Shown: positions 1-10,422, counted from the first letter of the stretch. The stretch is DNA of 64,000 bases from Alphaproteobacteria bacterium (GCA_965227515.1 CBDDFZ010000001.1:2016001-2080000); one strand, 5' to 3'. The notes: generated from the sequence alone by a model not told the origin. A program made the numbers and translations.

Positions 1-125
1 GCGAGTTGCACACTTCTCAATATGCTTGCTGTGCATGCCAAATCGTGAGTGCCATAACCAAAGTACAACAGTTCGCCAAATGGCCTTTGGTGGTGTTTAC
101 AAACCCACGAAGACTTCTTGACAAT

Positions 126-953
126 ATGATCAGACCGACCAGTTTGCTGTTGGTTCCATCACTATTAAATTCTGCCGTTCTTGAGCCTGCTCAAGCAGAT
201 GATTTTACTACACGAGGCACCAATTTTTTTGTATCTTTATATCATGAACAACGAAATTGGATTCGTTTAGAAACATTGGCTAAATTTATCTACTTTATTG
301 GTTTTCCAAATGACGAAGATAGTCTTGATGAAGGAGGCATTAATCATGATGCAAATTCAGTTTTTTATCGTACGTGGACTGATGATAGAATAGGTGTCGC
401 GATACATTCTGAGACGCCTGATAATACGGAATTCGTAGCGATACAACTATTAAAGAGCTTGAGTGTTGGCCAGATTCCACTGATTGAACCATCTGATCCG
501 ATTGATTTTCTTGTTATTGCTTTGGATGTTATGCCTGCAACGCCCGATCAAAATTCCAGCTACGCAAGAATAGCAGAACAATTTTTCGGCCAAGAAATCA
601 ACCAAATTATTAAGCCACCTCTTGATCCAATCTGTAATTCAGCAGTTTTGATCTCTCCAAATGACAATCATATATTTCGTGCCATGTTTTTTTATGCCAA
701 AAATGAGACACATGACCACATTCTGAGCTGTCTATATGCAAACGCAGTTACACTGTTCGGTATGAATTCAAGTAATATTGCAGGTTTTGTCTTTGATGCG
801 CAAATCACCCGAATATTTTCTGCATATCTTCGGCTGGCAATGATGTACATATACCAAGCAGAAAGTGAGCAGACAGGCAGGGAATATACATACAATCGGA
901 TCTTCCGCGATCTCCAGCAACTTTTTCTCGAAGGGGAGATGAGCAGTGAGTAA
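126..953 (+). CDS. Low-GC hypothetical exported protein (weak DUF2927-like resemblance)
   Basis: ATG at 126 gives a signal-peptide-like N-terminus (MIRPTSLLLVPSLLNSAVLEPAQA). Markedly AT-rich compared with the rest of the window. C-terminal C...IFRA...SCL...LFGM pattern. Confidence 0.6.
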   Translation: MIRPTSLLLVPSLLNSAVLEPAQADDFTTRGTNFFVSLYHEQRNWIRLETLAKFIYFIGFPNDEDSLDEGGINHDANSVFYRTWTDDRIGVAIHSETPDNTEFVAIQLLKSLSVGQIPLIEPSDPIDFLVIALDVMPATPDQNSSYARIAEQFFGQEINQIIKPPLDPICNSAVLISPNDNHIFRAMFFYAKNETHDHILSCLYANAVTLFGMNSSNIAGFVFDAQITRIFSAYLRLAMMYIYQAESEQTGREYTYNRIFRDLQQLFLEGEMSSE

Positions 954-973
954 TGGGTTGCGGTGGGGTTACA

Positions 974-1771
974 GTGACAGTTTACTAAATACCAGCGGTG
1001 TGCCAAGTTCGGCGTATGGCACGCATCGCACGACTGGTCGTTCCCGGCCTGCCCCACCACGTCACGCAGCGCGGCAATCGCGGCGAGCAGACGTTCTTCT
1101 CGGACGATGACTACACCCTCTACAAGACCCTGCTGGCGGAGGCCGCCAGGAACGCTGGCGCGGAGGTCTGGGCCTATTGCCTGATGCCCAATCACGCGCA
1201 CGTCGTCGTCGTGCCGCAGGACGAGGACGGGTTGCGCAAGACCTTCGCCGACGCCCACCGCCGCTACACCAGGCACATCAATGCCCGACTGGGGGTGACC
1301 GGCCATATGTGGCAGGGCCGCTTCGGCTCGATCGCCATGGACGATGGGTATCTGGCCCATGCCGTGCGCTACATTTCGCTGGCCCCGGTACGCGAGAAAC
1401 TGGTCAAGCGCGCGGACAAATGGCGCTGGTCGAGCGTTGCCGCGCATCTGGCGGGCCGCGACGACGACCTTGTCACCGTCGCCCCGGTTCTGGAGCGGGT
1501 CGGCGACTTCGCGCATTTCCTCGATCAGAAGACAAATGATGCGGAGGCGGACGCATTCGCGGCCCTCAGGAAGTCGGAAACGTCCGGCCGCCCGCTGGGC
1601 GATGCCGACTTCATCGCCGGCCTGGAGCGGCGGACCGGCCGTACCTTGCAGGCTCAAAAGCGCGGCCCCAAGCCGAAGCGGCGCAACTGAATATTTCGGT
1701 GACAGTTTACTAAATACGATTGGGTCAGCGTGCGATCGGTACGGTGGTGCTGGTATTTAGTAAACTGTCAC
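974..1771 (+). mobile_element. Y1 (HUH) transposase unit bounded by perfect 23-bp inverted repeats
   Basis: GTGACAGTTTACTAAATACCAGC (974-996) has its exact reverse complement at 1749-1771. A third, direct 19-bp copy lies at 1699-1717. Confidence 0.8.
1016..1690 (+). CDS. REP-associated/IS200-like tyrosine transposase (RAYT, Y1_Tnp)
   Basis: MARIARLVVPGLPHHVTQRGN, YCLMPNHAH (HUH), WQGRF, RYISLAP, WRWSS motifs. Confidence 0.92.
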   Translation: MARIARLVVPGLPHHVTQRGNRGEQTFFSDDDYTLYKTLLAEAARNAGAEVWAYCLMPNHAHVVVVPQDEDGLRKTFADAHRRYTRHINARLGVTGHMWQGRFGSIAMDDGYLAHAVRYISLAPVREKLVKRADKWRWSSVAAHLAGRDDDLVTVAPVLERVGDFAHFLDQKTNDAEADAFAALRKSETSGRPLGDADFIAGLERRTGRTLQAQKRGPKPKRRN

Positions 1772-1787
1772 AGAAATGCCACCGAAA

Positions 1788-2663
1788 TTAGGGCCACTTC
1801 ACCTCGGGCGGCAGCGACATCAGGATCGCCTCGGTGTTGCCGCCGGTCATCAGGCCGAACTTGGTGCCGCGGTCGTGGATCAGGTTGAACTCGGCATAGC
1901 GGCCGCGCTTTACCAGCAGCGCCTCGCGCTGTTCGGGCGTCCAGGTCTCGTGCAAGTGGCGGCGCGCGACGCGGGGATAGACGTCCAGGAACGCCTCGCC
2001 GACCGCGCGGGTAAACGCGAAGTCGGCGTCCCAGTCGCCTGACGCCAGATTGTCGTAGAAGATGCCGCCGACGCCGCGCGGCTCGTCCCGGTGCGGCAGG
2101 AAGAAATAGCGGTCGCACCACGCCTTGTATTCGTCGTAGTAGCCGGGGTCGGCGCTGTCGCACGCCTGCTTCATCGCGGCATGGAAGGTGGCGGTGTCAT
2201 CGTCGTCGGGGAAGGTCGGCGTCAGGTCCGCACCACCGCCGAACCAGGCGGTCGAGGTGACGATGTGGCGGGTGTTCATGTGCACCGCCGGCACCAGTGG
2301 CGAGCACATATGGGCGACCAGCGAGATGCCGCTGGCCCAGAACTTGCCATCGCCGGCCGCCCCGGTGATCTGGCTGCGGAACTGCTCGGAGAAGGTGCCG
2401 TGGACGGTGGAGACGTTGACGCCAACCTTCTCGAACACCCGCCCGCGCATGATCGACATCACGCCGCCGCCGCCGTCCGGCACCGTGTCGTCCGGGCGCT
2501 GCCAAGCCTTGCGCTCGAAGCGGCCGGCGGGCTTGTCGCTTTCCGTGAGCTCGTCCTCCAGCGCCTCGAACGCGGCGCAGATGCGGTCGCGCAGGCTCTC
2601 GAACCATTTGCGCGCGGTTTCCTTGCGGGTCTCGGTCACGTCGTTCGCTTCGGTATCGGTCAT
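1788..2663 (-). CDS. hemF: Oxygen-dependent coproporphyrinogen III oxidase
   Basis: [48 protein letters not shown] motifs. Confidence 0.97.
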   Translation of the reverse strand: MTDTEANDVTETRKETARKWFESLRDRICAAFEALEDELTESDKPAGRFERKAWQRPDDTVPDGGGGVMSIMRGRVFEKVGVNVSTVHGTFSEQFRSQITGAAGDGKFWASGISLVAHMCSPLVPAVHMNTRHIVTSTAWFGGGADLTPTFPDDDDTATFHAAMKQACDSADPGYYDEYKAWCDRYFFLPHRDEPRGVGGIFYDNLASGDWDADFAFTRAVGEAFLDVYPRVARRHLHETWTPEQREALLVKRGRYAEFNLIHDRGTKFGLMTGGNTEAILMSLPPEVKWP

Positions 2664-3136
2664 GCGTCCTCGCCATCCATGCGCGGGAACCCGGCTGTCT
2701 GGCGCAGCGCCTCGCCAAGCACGATGGCGGCGGCCGTCACCACGTTCAGCGAGCGGCCGGCGATCGGCACCTTCACCGCGAGGTCGGCGGCGTCGTGCAC
2801 CGCGTCCGGCACGCCGGCGGATTCCCGTCCCAGCAGCAACGTATCGCGCCCGTCATAGCCAACGTCGAGGTGACCGGTTGTCGCTTTGGTGGTGAGCAGG
2901 ACCAGCCGCCGCCCGTCGGCCCGCGCCTTGGCCAGGAAGGAGTCCCACGAGGTGTGGCGCGCCACCTGGGCAAGTTCGCGATAGTCCAGGCCCGCGCGCC
3001 GCAGCCGCCGGTCGTCCCACACGAAACCGCAGGGATCGATGATGTCGACCGGCAGCGCCAGATTGGCCGCCAGCCGCAGGATGGCGCCTGCGTTCTGCGG
3101 AATGTCGGGCTCGAAAAGGGCAAGGCGCAGCGACAT
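2660..3136 (-). CDS. trmL: tRNA (cytidine/uridine-2'-O)-methyltransferase, SPOUT family
   Basis: [27 protein letters not shown] motifs; overlaps the hemF start by 4 bp. Confidence 0.93.
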   Translation of the reverse strand: MSLRLALFEPDIPQNAGAILRLAANLALPVDIIDPCGFVWDDRRLRRAGLDYRELAQVARHTSWDSFLAKARADGRRLVLLTTKATTGHLDVGYDGRDTLLLGRESAGVPDAVHDAADLAVKVPIAGRSLNVVTAAAIVLGEALRQTAGFPRMDGEDA

Positions 3137-3148
3137 GCGCCTCGCATA

Positions 3149-4615
3149 TTATGCGAACGGATCGGCGTCCAGCACGGTCGCCACGTACATGGCGCTGTCG
3201 AGCCCGTACGCGATGGCTTCCGCATTCGCGTCCTGCAGCACCACGGGCAGAAGCTCGCCGGTGTCCAGCCGCAGCAGGATCTTGCCGTCTGCCTTGAACG
3301 CGATCAGGCTCTCGCTGTGGACGGCGCCGCCCTCGCCAAAGTAGGTGTCGAGCAGGATGATGTCGCCGTCGAAATCGCGGATGTAGTCGATCGCGCTGTC
3401 GTTGGAGATGTGGAACCGGTCGACGCCGAGCCCGCCCCAAACCTGGTCGGTGCCCGCGCTGAGGAAGACGTCGTCGTCGCCCGCGCCGGCCAGCACCATG
3501 TCGTTGCCGCCGCCGCCGTTCAGGTGGTCGGCCGCGCCGTAGACCGCATAGGCCTGGTTCCATTCCTTGTCGTCGCCGAAGATCAGATCGGCGCCGTCGC
3601 CGCCCTCGATGCTGTCCTCGCCCAGGCCGCCAACCAGCTCGTCGGCATCGCTGGAGCCATACAGCCGGTCGTTGTCCGCACCGCCGTTGAGCTTGTCGCC
3701 GCCGCCGTCGGCATAGAGCCGGTCGTCGCCGTCGCCGCCACTCAGTACGTCGGCGTAGGTGTCCCCGTCGTCATGGCGAGTCATACCGGCGACCAGATCG
3801 TCATTGCCGGCGCGGCCGATGATGCTATCGGCACCGACTTGCCCGAACAGGAAGTCCACGCCCTGACCACCGTCGATGAAGTCGTCGCCGTCATGGCCGA
3901 ACACATGGTCGTCGCCATAGCCGCCGAGCAGCACATCGCCGAAATCGCTGCCTTCCACGATGTCGCTGTCGCCGCCGCCGTCCAGATAACAGGCCGCATC
4001 CGAGCGGCCTTGCAGGTGGTCGTTGCCCATGTCGCCGTACATGGTGTTGGACCCATGATAGTCGCTGAGGAAGTCGTCGCCCCAGCCGCCGCGCATGATG
4101 TCGTCGCCCTCGGCGCCGAACACCCGGTCGTTGCCGTCGCCGCCCAGCAGCTCGTCGTTGCCGTGGCCGCCGTTCAGGGCGTCGTCGCCGTCGCCGCCCT
4201 CCAGGTGGTCGTCGCCGTCGTTGCCGTTCAGCGTGTCATCGTCGTCGCCGCCATAGATGAAGTCGTTGCCGTTGCCGCCGATCAGCACGTCGTTGCCGGC
4301 GCGGCCCAGCAGGATGTCGTTGCCGTCGCCGCCTTCCACCCGGTCGCTTCCGGCTCCGCCGTCGACGATGTCGTTGCCGCCGCCGCCGTAGAGCCGGTCG
4401 ACGCCACCGCCGCCGGTGATCAGGTCATTGCCGTCATGGCCGTGGATCTCGTCCCAATAGTCGGTGCCTTCCAGCACGTCGCTGTCATCGGTGCCGACGA
4501 TGGTGTTGGCCAACGCATGCCAGACGGTTTCGCTGTCGAAGGCCGGTTCGAAGATCGTGCCGGTGTCGATGTTCTGGTCCAGGCCGAGGCCGCCAGGAAG
4601 GGTGTCGAGGGGCAT
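3149..4615 (-). CDS. RTX (hemolysin-type) Ca-binding repeat protein
   Basis: Many GGxGxDxL nonapeptides; RBS AGGAGG upstream. Confidence 0.9.
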   Translation of the reverse strand: MPLDTLPGGLGLDQNIDTGTIFEPAFDSETVWHALANTIVGTDDSDVLEGTDYWDEIHGHDGNDLITGGGGVDRLYGGGGNDIVDGGAGSDRVEGGDGNDILLGRAGNDVLIGGNGNDFIYGGDDDDTLNGNDGDDHLEGGDGDDALNGGHGNDELLGGDGNDRVFGAEGDDIMRGGWGDDFLSDYHGSNTMYGDMGNDHLQGRSDAACYLDGGGDSDIVEGSDFGDVLLGGYGDDHVFGHDGDDFIDGGQGVDFLFGQVGADSIIGRAGNDDLVAGMTRHDDGDTYADVLSGGDGDDRLYADGGGDKLNGGADNDRLYGSSDADELVGGLGEDSIEGGDGADLIFGDDKEWNQAYAVYGAADHLNGGGGNDMVLAGAGDDDVFLSAGTDQVWGGLGVDRFHISNDSAIDYIRDFDGDIILLDTYFGEGGAVHSESLIAFKADGKILLRLDTGELLPVVLQDANAEAIAYGLDSAMYVATVLDADPFA

Positions 4616-4846
4616 GGAGTGCCTCCTGAATTTGAGAAGTTATGGGGCTGTAAGGGGTGCTTCCGGCGCGTCAGGCCATCGTCGGGCTGGCGTCCGGGTC
4701 GAACCCGCCCTCGACCGGGGGCGTCATGTCTATGCCAAGGTCAATGCCGCTCGCCGCATGCAACATCGTGCCACTCCCACCTTGTGATGTAGATCACAGG
4801 GTGGGTCGACATGGGGCGGCGCCAGGTTCAATCTGCGCGGCGAATC

Positions 4847-6808
4847 ATGGCCGATGGATCGAGCAACACTGAGCACCAGCGCACCGGCCTAGCCGGGCGG
4901 CTGCCGCTGGGCGTGTTCCTGGCGATTGCGCTGGCGCTGGCGATCGTGGTGTCCACCGGGGCCAGCCTCTACTACATCGTCGCCACCGCCACCGAGGGCA
5001 CCGGCGACCTGATCGCGCGCACCGGCCAGCTGGTGCTGGCGGAGAAGACCGCGCGGGTGCGCGGCGTGCTCGAACGCGTCGAGGCGGTGGCCGCCGCCGG
5101 TGCCGAGATGATCGGCGACACGCGGCCGAATGAGATCGACGACGCGGTGTTCGACGCGCTGCTGGGCACGCCTGATATCGCCATGGCGGCGATCATCTCG
5201 CCGGATGGTCGACGGCTGTTTGCGGCCACGCGTCAGGGCCGCTCCGAGCACAATGTGGACCTGGGGCCGGCCCTGCCGTCTGACGGATGGTACGGCCCGA
5301 CGACCCCGCCCGACGTGGCACTGGACGCGCCCATCTTCAGCTACATGATGACGCTGGACGGTGGCGGCCGGCTGGCGCTGGGCCTCGACACCCGCGCGCT
5401 GGCCGACGAACTGCGCGGCTCGCCGGTGAACCTGCTGTCGACTGCCTTCGTGCTCTATGGCCAGGACTATGTAGTGGCGGTGTCCACCGACCCGCCCGCG
5501 CCGGCATACGAGTTGCGCCCCTTGGCGGAAAGCGGCGACCCGGTGATCCCCGGCGTGTTCGCGCCGTCGCCGGAGCGCCGGCCGATCCCATCGCCGGTCA
5601 ATGCCTATCTGGAGATCGGGCAGGGCATGCCCGGCATGTTCGCCGTGTTCACTGGCACCCTCGGCGATGCGGGCCTCAGCCTGCCGCCACCTGAGGGTGC
5701 ACCGGGTCAGGGGCCGCCGCCTCCAGGGCAGGGACCACCAGGGCAGGGGCCGCCACCTCTAGGGCAGGGACCGCCCGCTCCGGGGCAGGGCCCGCCTCCG
5801 CAGGGACAACCGGGACAAGGCCAACCGGGGCAGGGCCCGCCGCCTGCCGGCAACCAGGGTGCGGGCGGCGGTACGCAGCCGCAGGACATCACCGTCGGCA
5901 TCTACTTCGAGGCGAGCGTGCTCGGCGCACCGATGGACGACGTGGTCACCGCGTTGCTCATATCGGGCGGCGTGCTGGTCGTCGTGGTGCTGGGCGCGTT
6001 CTGGCTCGGACGGCGCATCGGACGGCCGATCCGCGACCTGGCGAGTGCCGCCGACAGCATCCGCACGCTCTCGGTCGAACGGACCGATGCCCTGCCGCGT
6101 TCCGTCTTCCGCGAAGTGGACACCGCCAACCAGGCGTTCAACGCGGCGGTCAGCGGGCTCAGCGCGTTCGCGCGTTATGTGCCGCGCGATCTTGTGCTGC
6201 GGCTGCTGCGGCTCGGCGTGTCCAGCGCCACCCGCTCGGAAATGCGCGAGGTCTCGGTACTGTTCACCGACATCGCCGGCTACTCGACCGCGGCCGAGGG
6301 CATGACGGCGGAACAGACGGCGGCCTTCCTGAACACACACTTCGAGCTGTTGAACCGTTGTACGGCGGACGAGGGCGGCACGGTCGACAAGTTCATCGGC
6401 GACAGCCTGATGGCGTTCTGGGGTGCGCCGGAGGACCAACCCGACCACGCGGTGCGCGCGGCCCGCGCCGCCATCGCCATGGCGCGCGCGTTCCGCGAGG
6501 ACGCGGACATGCAGGCGTCGGGCGTGCGCCTGCGCATCGGCCTTCACACCGGCGAGGTGCTGGTCGGCAACATCGGGGCCGCCACCCGCACCAGCTACAC
6601 CGTGATCGGCGACCCGGTGAACGTGGCGGCCAGGCTGGAGCAACTCGGCAAGCAGGTCGACGATGCGGCCGACGTCATCATCCTTATCAGCCAAGAAACA
6701 AATGCGTTGTTGCCGGAAGAACTGCGCGGCAGCCACGTGGGCCAATACACGCTGAAAGGCCGCGCCGCGCCGACCGAGGTCTACCGCCTGGACGCCCGCA
6801 AACCCTGA
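4847..6808 (+). CDS. Membrane class III adenylate/guanylate cyclase (TM-periplasmic sensor-TM-HAMP-cyclase)
   Basis: LFTDIAGYS, VDKFIGDSLMAFWG, RIGLHTG, VIGDPVNVAARLE; two TM segments. ATG at 4847 chosen over 4811. Confidence 0.92.
   Translation: MADGSSNTEHQRTGLAGRLPLGVFLAIALALAIVVSTGASLYYIVATATEGTGDLIARTGQLVLAEKTARVRGVLERVEAVAAAGAEMIGDTRPNEIDDAVFDALLGTPDIAMAAIISPDGRRLFAATRQGRSEHNVDLGPALPSDGWYGPTTPPDVALDAPIFSYMMTLDGGGRLALGLDTRALADELRGSPVNLLSTAFVLYGQDYVVAVSTDPPAPAYELRPLAESGDPVIPGVFAPSPERRPIPSPVNAYLEIGQGMPGMFAVFTGTLGDAGLSLPPPEGAPGQGPPPPGQGPPGQGPPPLGQGPPAPGQGPPPQGQPGQGQPGQGPPPAGNQGAGGGTQPQDITVGIYFEASVLGAPMDDVVTALLISGGVLVVVVLGAFWLGRRIGRPIRDLASAADSIRTLSVERTDALPRSVFREVDTANQAFNAAVSGLSAFARYVPRDLVLRLLRLGVSSATRSEMREVSVLFTDIAGYSTAAEGMTAEQTAAFLNTHFELLNRCTADEGGTVDKFIGDSLMAFWGAPEDQPDHAVRAARAAIAMARAFREDADMQASGVRLRIGLHTGEVLVGNIGAATRTSYTVIGDPVNVAARLEQLGKQVDDAADVIILISQETNALLPEELRGSHVGQYTLKGRAAPTEVYRLDARKP
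5684..5847 (+). repeat. In-frame Pro/Gly/Gln low-complexity repeat (six GQGPP units)
   Basis: Translates to PPPEGAPGQGPPPPGQGPPGQGPPPLGQGPPAPGQGPPPQGQPGQGQPGQGPPPA. Confidence 0.9.
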
Positions 6809-6914
6809 TTTGTGACAATCGGGTGACGCAGGCCGCGATTGACGGGCCGGTGCGCGGGCCGTCAAACTGCCGGTCAAGGCCCGATCAAGGGCGATCAGAA
6901 CAAGGGAGCGAAAC

Positions 6915-8201
6915 ATGGCTCATCGAGCTTTCACCATGCTGGGCGCGGCGGCGCTGGCGATGGCGGTTGCCACGCCGGCTCTGGCGCAGACCGAGCTGCG
7001 CATCACCTGGTACAACGACGGCAACGAGGGCGAGGTCCTGCGTGACCTGCTCGACCGGTTCGAGGCCGAGAACAGCGACATCACGGTGGCGCTGGACGTG
7101 GTGCCTTACCAGGCGATCCTAGAGAGCCTGCCGGTGCAGCTGGCGGCCGGCGAGGGCCCCGATCTGGCCCGCGTGACCGACCTTGGCGGCCTGTCCCAGC
7201 ACTACATGGACATGACCCCCTACCTCAGCGATGCGGCCTATTGGGAAGAGAACTTCGGCCCGTTCCTGAAGTGGCTGCGCGCGCCGGGCGACGAGACCAG
7301 CATCAACGGGTTCATGACCCAGCTCACCATTACCGGCCCCTACGTCAACAAGACTCTGTTCGAGCTGGCCGAGGTCGACCTGCCCGGTGACGGCGCGACC
7401 TGGGAGGATTGGGCCGCCGCCGCCAACGCGGTCGCCGACGCGTTGGACATTCGCATTCCGCTGGCGATGGACCGTTCCGGCCACCGCTTCGCCGGTCCGG
7501 CGATTTCCATGGGCGCGCAGTACTTCGACGCTGACGGCAACCCCGCCGTGATCGACGATGGGCTGAAGGCGATGGCGCAGCACATCTACGACTGGCACCA
7601 GAACGGCACCATGACAAAGGATCTGTGGGGTTCGGTCTCCGGCACCACCTATGTCGGCGCCAACGAGGAGTTCGCGAACGCCGAGGTCGTGATGTACATG
7701 TCCGGCTCGTGGCAGATCTCGCAGTTCGCCGACACCATCGGCGATGCGTTCGACTGGTGGGCGATCCCCAACCCGTGTGGGCCGGCGGCGTGCACCGGCA
7801 TGCCCGGCGGCGCGGCACTGGTCGCCATGGCCGGCACCGAGCATCCGGAAGAGGTCGGCCGGCTGATGGACTATCTGTCCAGCGCCGAGGTGCTGAACGA
7901 GTTCTATGGCCGCACCCTGTTCATTCCCGGCCACATCGGGCTCGCCAACTCCGGCGTCGACTTCCAGACCGACAATGCGCTGGCCAAGCATGCGCTGGAG
8001 GTGTTCGCCGGCCAGGTGCCGCTGCTGTCGCCGGTCGCTTTCGACCTCCAGGGCTACGTCTACAACCGCATCATCTTCAACGCGGTGATCAGCCGGCTCG
8101 GCCAGGCGATCGTCGACGAGATGACGCTGGACGAGGCCTATGACCGCATCGCCCAGGACGTCGCCGACCAGATCGCGGAACGCGAACGCGACGACGGGTA
8201 G
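6915..8201 (+). CDS. Carbohydrate ABC transporter substrate-binding protein
   Basis: Signal peptide ending ALA-Q, GEGPDL motif, first gene of a permease/ATPase operon. Confidence 0.92.
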   Translation: MAHRAFTMLGAAALAMAVATPALAQTELRITWYNDGNEGEVLRDLLDRFEAENSDITVALDVVPYQAILESLPVQLAAGEGPDLARVTDLGGLSQHYMDMTPYLSDAAYWEENFGPFLKWLRAPGDETSINGFMTQLTITGPYVNKTLFELAEVDLPGDGATWEDWAAAANAVADALDIRIPLAMDRSGHRFAGPAISMGAQYFDADGNPAVIDDGLKAMAQHIYDWHQNGTMTKDLWGSVSGTTYVGANEEFANAEVVMYMSGSWQISQFADTIGDAFDWWAIPNPCGPAACTGMPGGAALVAMAGTEHPEEVGRLMDYLSSAEVLNEFYGRTLFIPGHIGLANSGVDFQTDNALAKHALEVFAGQVPLLSPVAFDLQGYVYNRIIFNAVISRLGQAIVDEMTLDEAYDRIAQDVADQIAERERDDG

Positions 8202-8214
8202 GCATCCGGATTGC

Positions 8215-8297
8215 GTAGCCCGGATGGAACGTCAGCGTAATCCGGGGACGGTCATTCGGCTGTTGCCCCGGATTGCGCTTCGCTTCATCCGGGCTAC
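8215..8297. repeat. GTAG-type REP doublet (REPIN)
   Basis: GTAGCCCGGATGGAACG...TTCATCCGGGCTAC inverted arms, intergenic. Confidence 0.88.
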
Positions 8298-8309
8298 TCG
8301 GCTGCCGCG

Positions 8310-9344
8310 ATGACCGACACCGATCATAAGCCGCGCACCGGCCCCTCCGTCATGGAGGGGCTGGGCGTCGTTCTGGGCGCCCCCTGGACGCTGTTGATGC
8401 GGGCCATGGAATGGCCGATGGCCGGCATCCAGAAGCTGATCGGCGTCAAGGGGATGCCGTACATCTTCCTCATCCCCAACCTGCTGTTCTTCGGCACCTT
8501 CGTGTTCGTGCCGCTGATCATCAATTTCGGCTATTCGCTGACCGGCGGCGACAACCTGTTCCTGGCCGACCGCACCTATGTCGGCGGCGAGCAATACGGC
8601 CGGCTGTTCAACTGTGACAACTACTTCGACGTCTCGACCTGCGAGCAGGACTATTTCTGGCGCGGCATCTACAACACCATCGTGTTCGTGGTGTTCCAGG
8701 TCGGCTTCCTGGTCGGCTTCTCGCTGATCACCGCGGTGGTGCTGAACAAGGCGATCCCCTGGCGGGGATTCTTCCGCGCGGTCTACTTCTACCCCGTGCT
8801 GCTGTCGCCGGTGGTGGTGGCGCTGATCTGGAAGTGGATCCTGCGCCCGTCCGGCGTGCTGAACGCCGTGGTGGTGGAGCCGGGCGCCGACCCGGTGCCG
8901 TTCCTCAACGACGCCACCTGGGCGATGTTCTGGTCGATCTTCGTGTCGATCTGGGCCCACATGGGCTTCTACACGCTGATCCTGCTCGCCGGGCTGCAGG
9001 CGATTCCGAAGGACCTCTACGAGGCGGCCGAGATGGACGGCACGTCGAAAATGCGCACCTTCTGGCGCATCACCCTGCCGTTGCTGTGGCCCAATATGAT
9101 CGTCGTCATCGTGCTGGCGCTGATCAAGTCGGTGCAGACCTTTGACGAGATTTTCGTGCTGACCGGCGGCGGGCCGGGCACCGCCACCCAGTTCATCGTG
9201 CAGTACATCTACGACCGCGGCTTCGCGACCAACGAGCACAATTTCGGCCTCGCCTCGGCGGCGTCGGTGGTGCTGGGTGTCGTCCTCTTGATCCTGACCC
9301 TGGCGCAGCTCTGGTTCGCGCGCCGGCGCGAGCGCAGGGGCTGA
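8310..9344 (+). CDS. Carbohydrate ABC transporter permease
   Basis: Multiple TM segments; EAA loop LYEAAEMDG. Confidence 0.94.
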   Translation: MTDTDHKPRTGPSVMEGLGVVLGAPWTLLMRAMEWPMAGIQKLIGVKGMPYIFLIPNLLFFGTFVFVPLIINFGYSLTGGDNLFLADRTYVGGEQYGRLFNCDNYFDVSTCEQDYFWRGIYNTIVFVVFQVGFLVGFSLITAVVLNKAIPWRGFFRAVYFYPVLLSPVVVALIWKWILRPSGVLNAVVVEPGADPVPFLNDATWAMFWSIFVSIWAHMGFYTLILLAGLQAIPKDLYEAAEMDGTSKMRTFWRITLPLLWPNMIVVIVLALIKSVQTFDEIFVLTGGGPGTATQFIVQYIYDRGFATNEHNFGLASAASVVLGVVLLILTLAQLWFARRRERRG

Positions 9345-9348
9345 CGCG

Positions 9349-10401
9349 ATGGGCACGGTTGCCAAGTTCCTGACCCGCACGCGCTATCCGCACCGCATGC
9401 ATTGGACCGACTATGCCGCCTGGGCCTATCTGGCGCTGGGCGTGTTCCTGATGTTCGGGCCGGTGCTGTGGCTGGTGATGTCGTCGTTCAAGACCCAGGC
9501 GGGCTTGCAGGAATACCCGCCGACCTTGCTGCCGCTGTCGCAGATCGAGGTGGAGGTCGAGGGATATGACGACCCGCTGCCGGTCTACAGCGCCACCATG
9601 CCTGACGGGACGGTGCGGCAGCTCGCCGAAATCCGTCGCCTGGGCCCGATCTCGCAACTCATCGACCCGGCGAACCCGGACGAGATCATCCAGGTCAGGA
9701 TCGACGAGCGCGAGCCGGTGCGCGAGCTGGGCCTTGCCGTCGACAACTACATCAAGCCCTTGGACCAGTTCAATTTCTGGACCTATTTGTGGAATTCGGT
9801 GGTCGTCACCGCGGTCGCCACGTTCGTCACCCTGGTCATCAACTCGATGGCGGCCTACGCGCTCTCGATCTACGAGTTCAAGGGGCGCGATTTCACCATC
9901 GTGCTGGTGATCGGCACGCTGATGATCCCGATTACGGTGATCCTGGTGCCGGTCTACCTGGTGGTGACCGAACTCGGCATGGTGAACACCTTATGGGGGG
10001 TCATATTGCCCGGGGCGGCGACGCCCACGGGCGTGTTCCTGTTGCGACAGTACATGCTGACCATCCCGCGCGAGCTGATCGAGAGCGCGCGCATGGACAA
10101 GGCGTCGGAGTGGCGCATCTATTGGCGCATCGTCATTCCGCTGTCGCTGCCGGCGTTGGCGGTGCTGGCAATCTTCTCGGTGATGTGGCGGTGGAACGAG
10201 TTCCTGTGGCCGCTGATCGTGCTCAACGATTCCGACAACTACACGCTGCAGGTCGGCCTCAATGCCTTCCAGGGCGAGCTGCAGGTGCAGTGGCACTACG
10301 TGCTGGCGATGACCGTGGTGACGCTGCTGCCGGTGACCCTGGTGTTCGCGTTCCTGCAACGCTTTATCACCACCGGCATCGCCAACACGGGGATGAAGTG
10401 A
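9349..10401 (+). CDS. Carbohydrate ABC transporter permease
   Basis: TM segments; ELIESARMD loop; WNEFLWPL. Confidence 0.94.
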   Translation: MGTVAKFLTRTRYPHRMHWTDYAAWAYLALGVFLMFGPVLWLVMSSFKTQAGLQEYPPTLLPLSQIEVEVEGYDDPLPVYSATMPDGTVRQLAEIRRLGPISQLIDPANPDEIIQVRIDEREPVRELGLAVDNYIKPLDQFNFWTYLWNSVVVTAVATFVTLVINSMAAYALSIYEFKGRDFTIVLVIGTLMIPITVILVPVYLVVTELGMVNTLWGVILPGAATPTGVFLLRQYMLTIPRELIESARMDKASEWRIYWRIVIPLSLPALAVLAIFSVMWRWNEFLWPLIVLNDSDNYTLQVGLNAFQGELQVQWHYVLAMTVVTLLPVTLVFAFLQRFITTGIANTGMK

Positions 10402-10422
10402 CCGTGCTTGTCTTCAAGCAAG

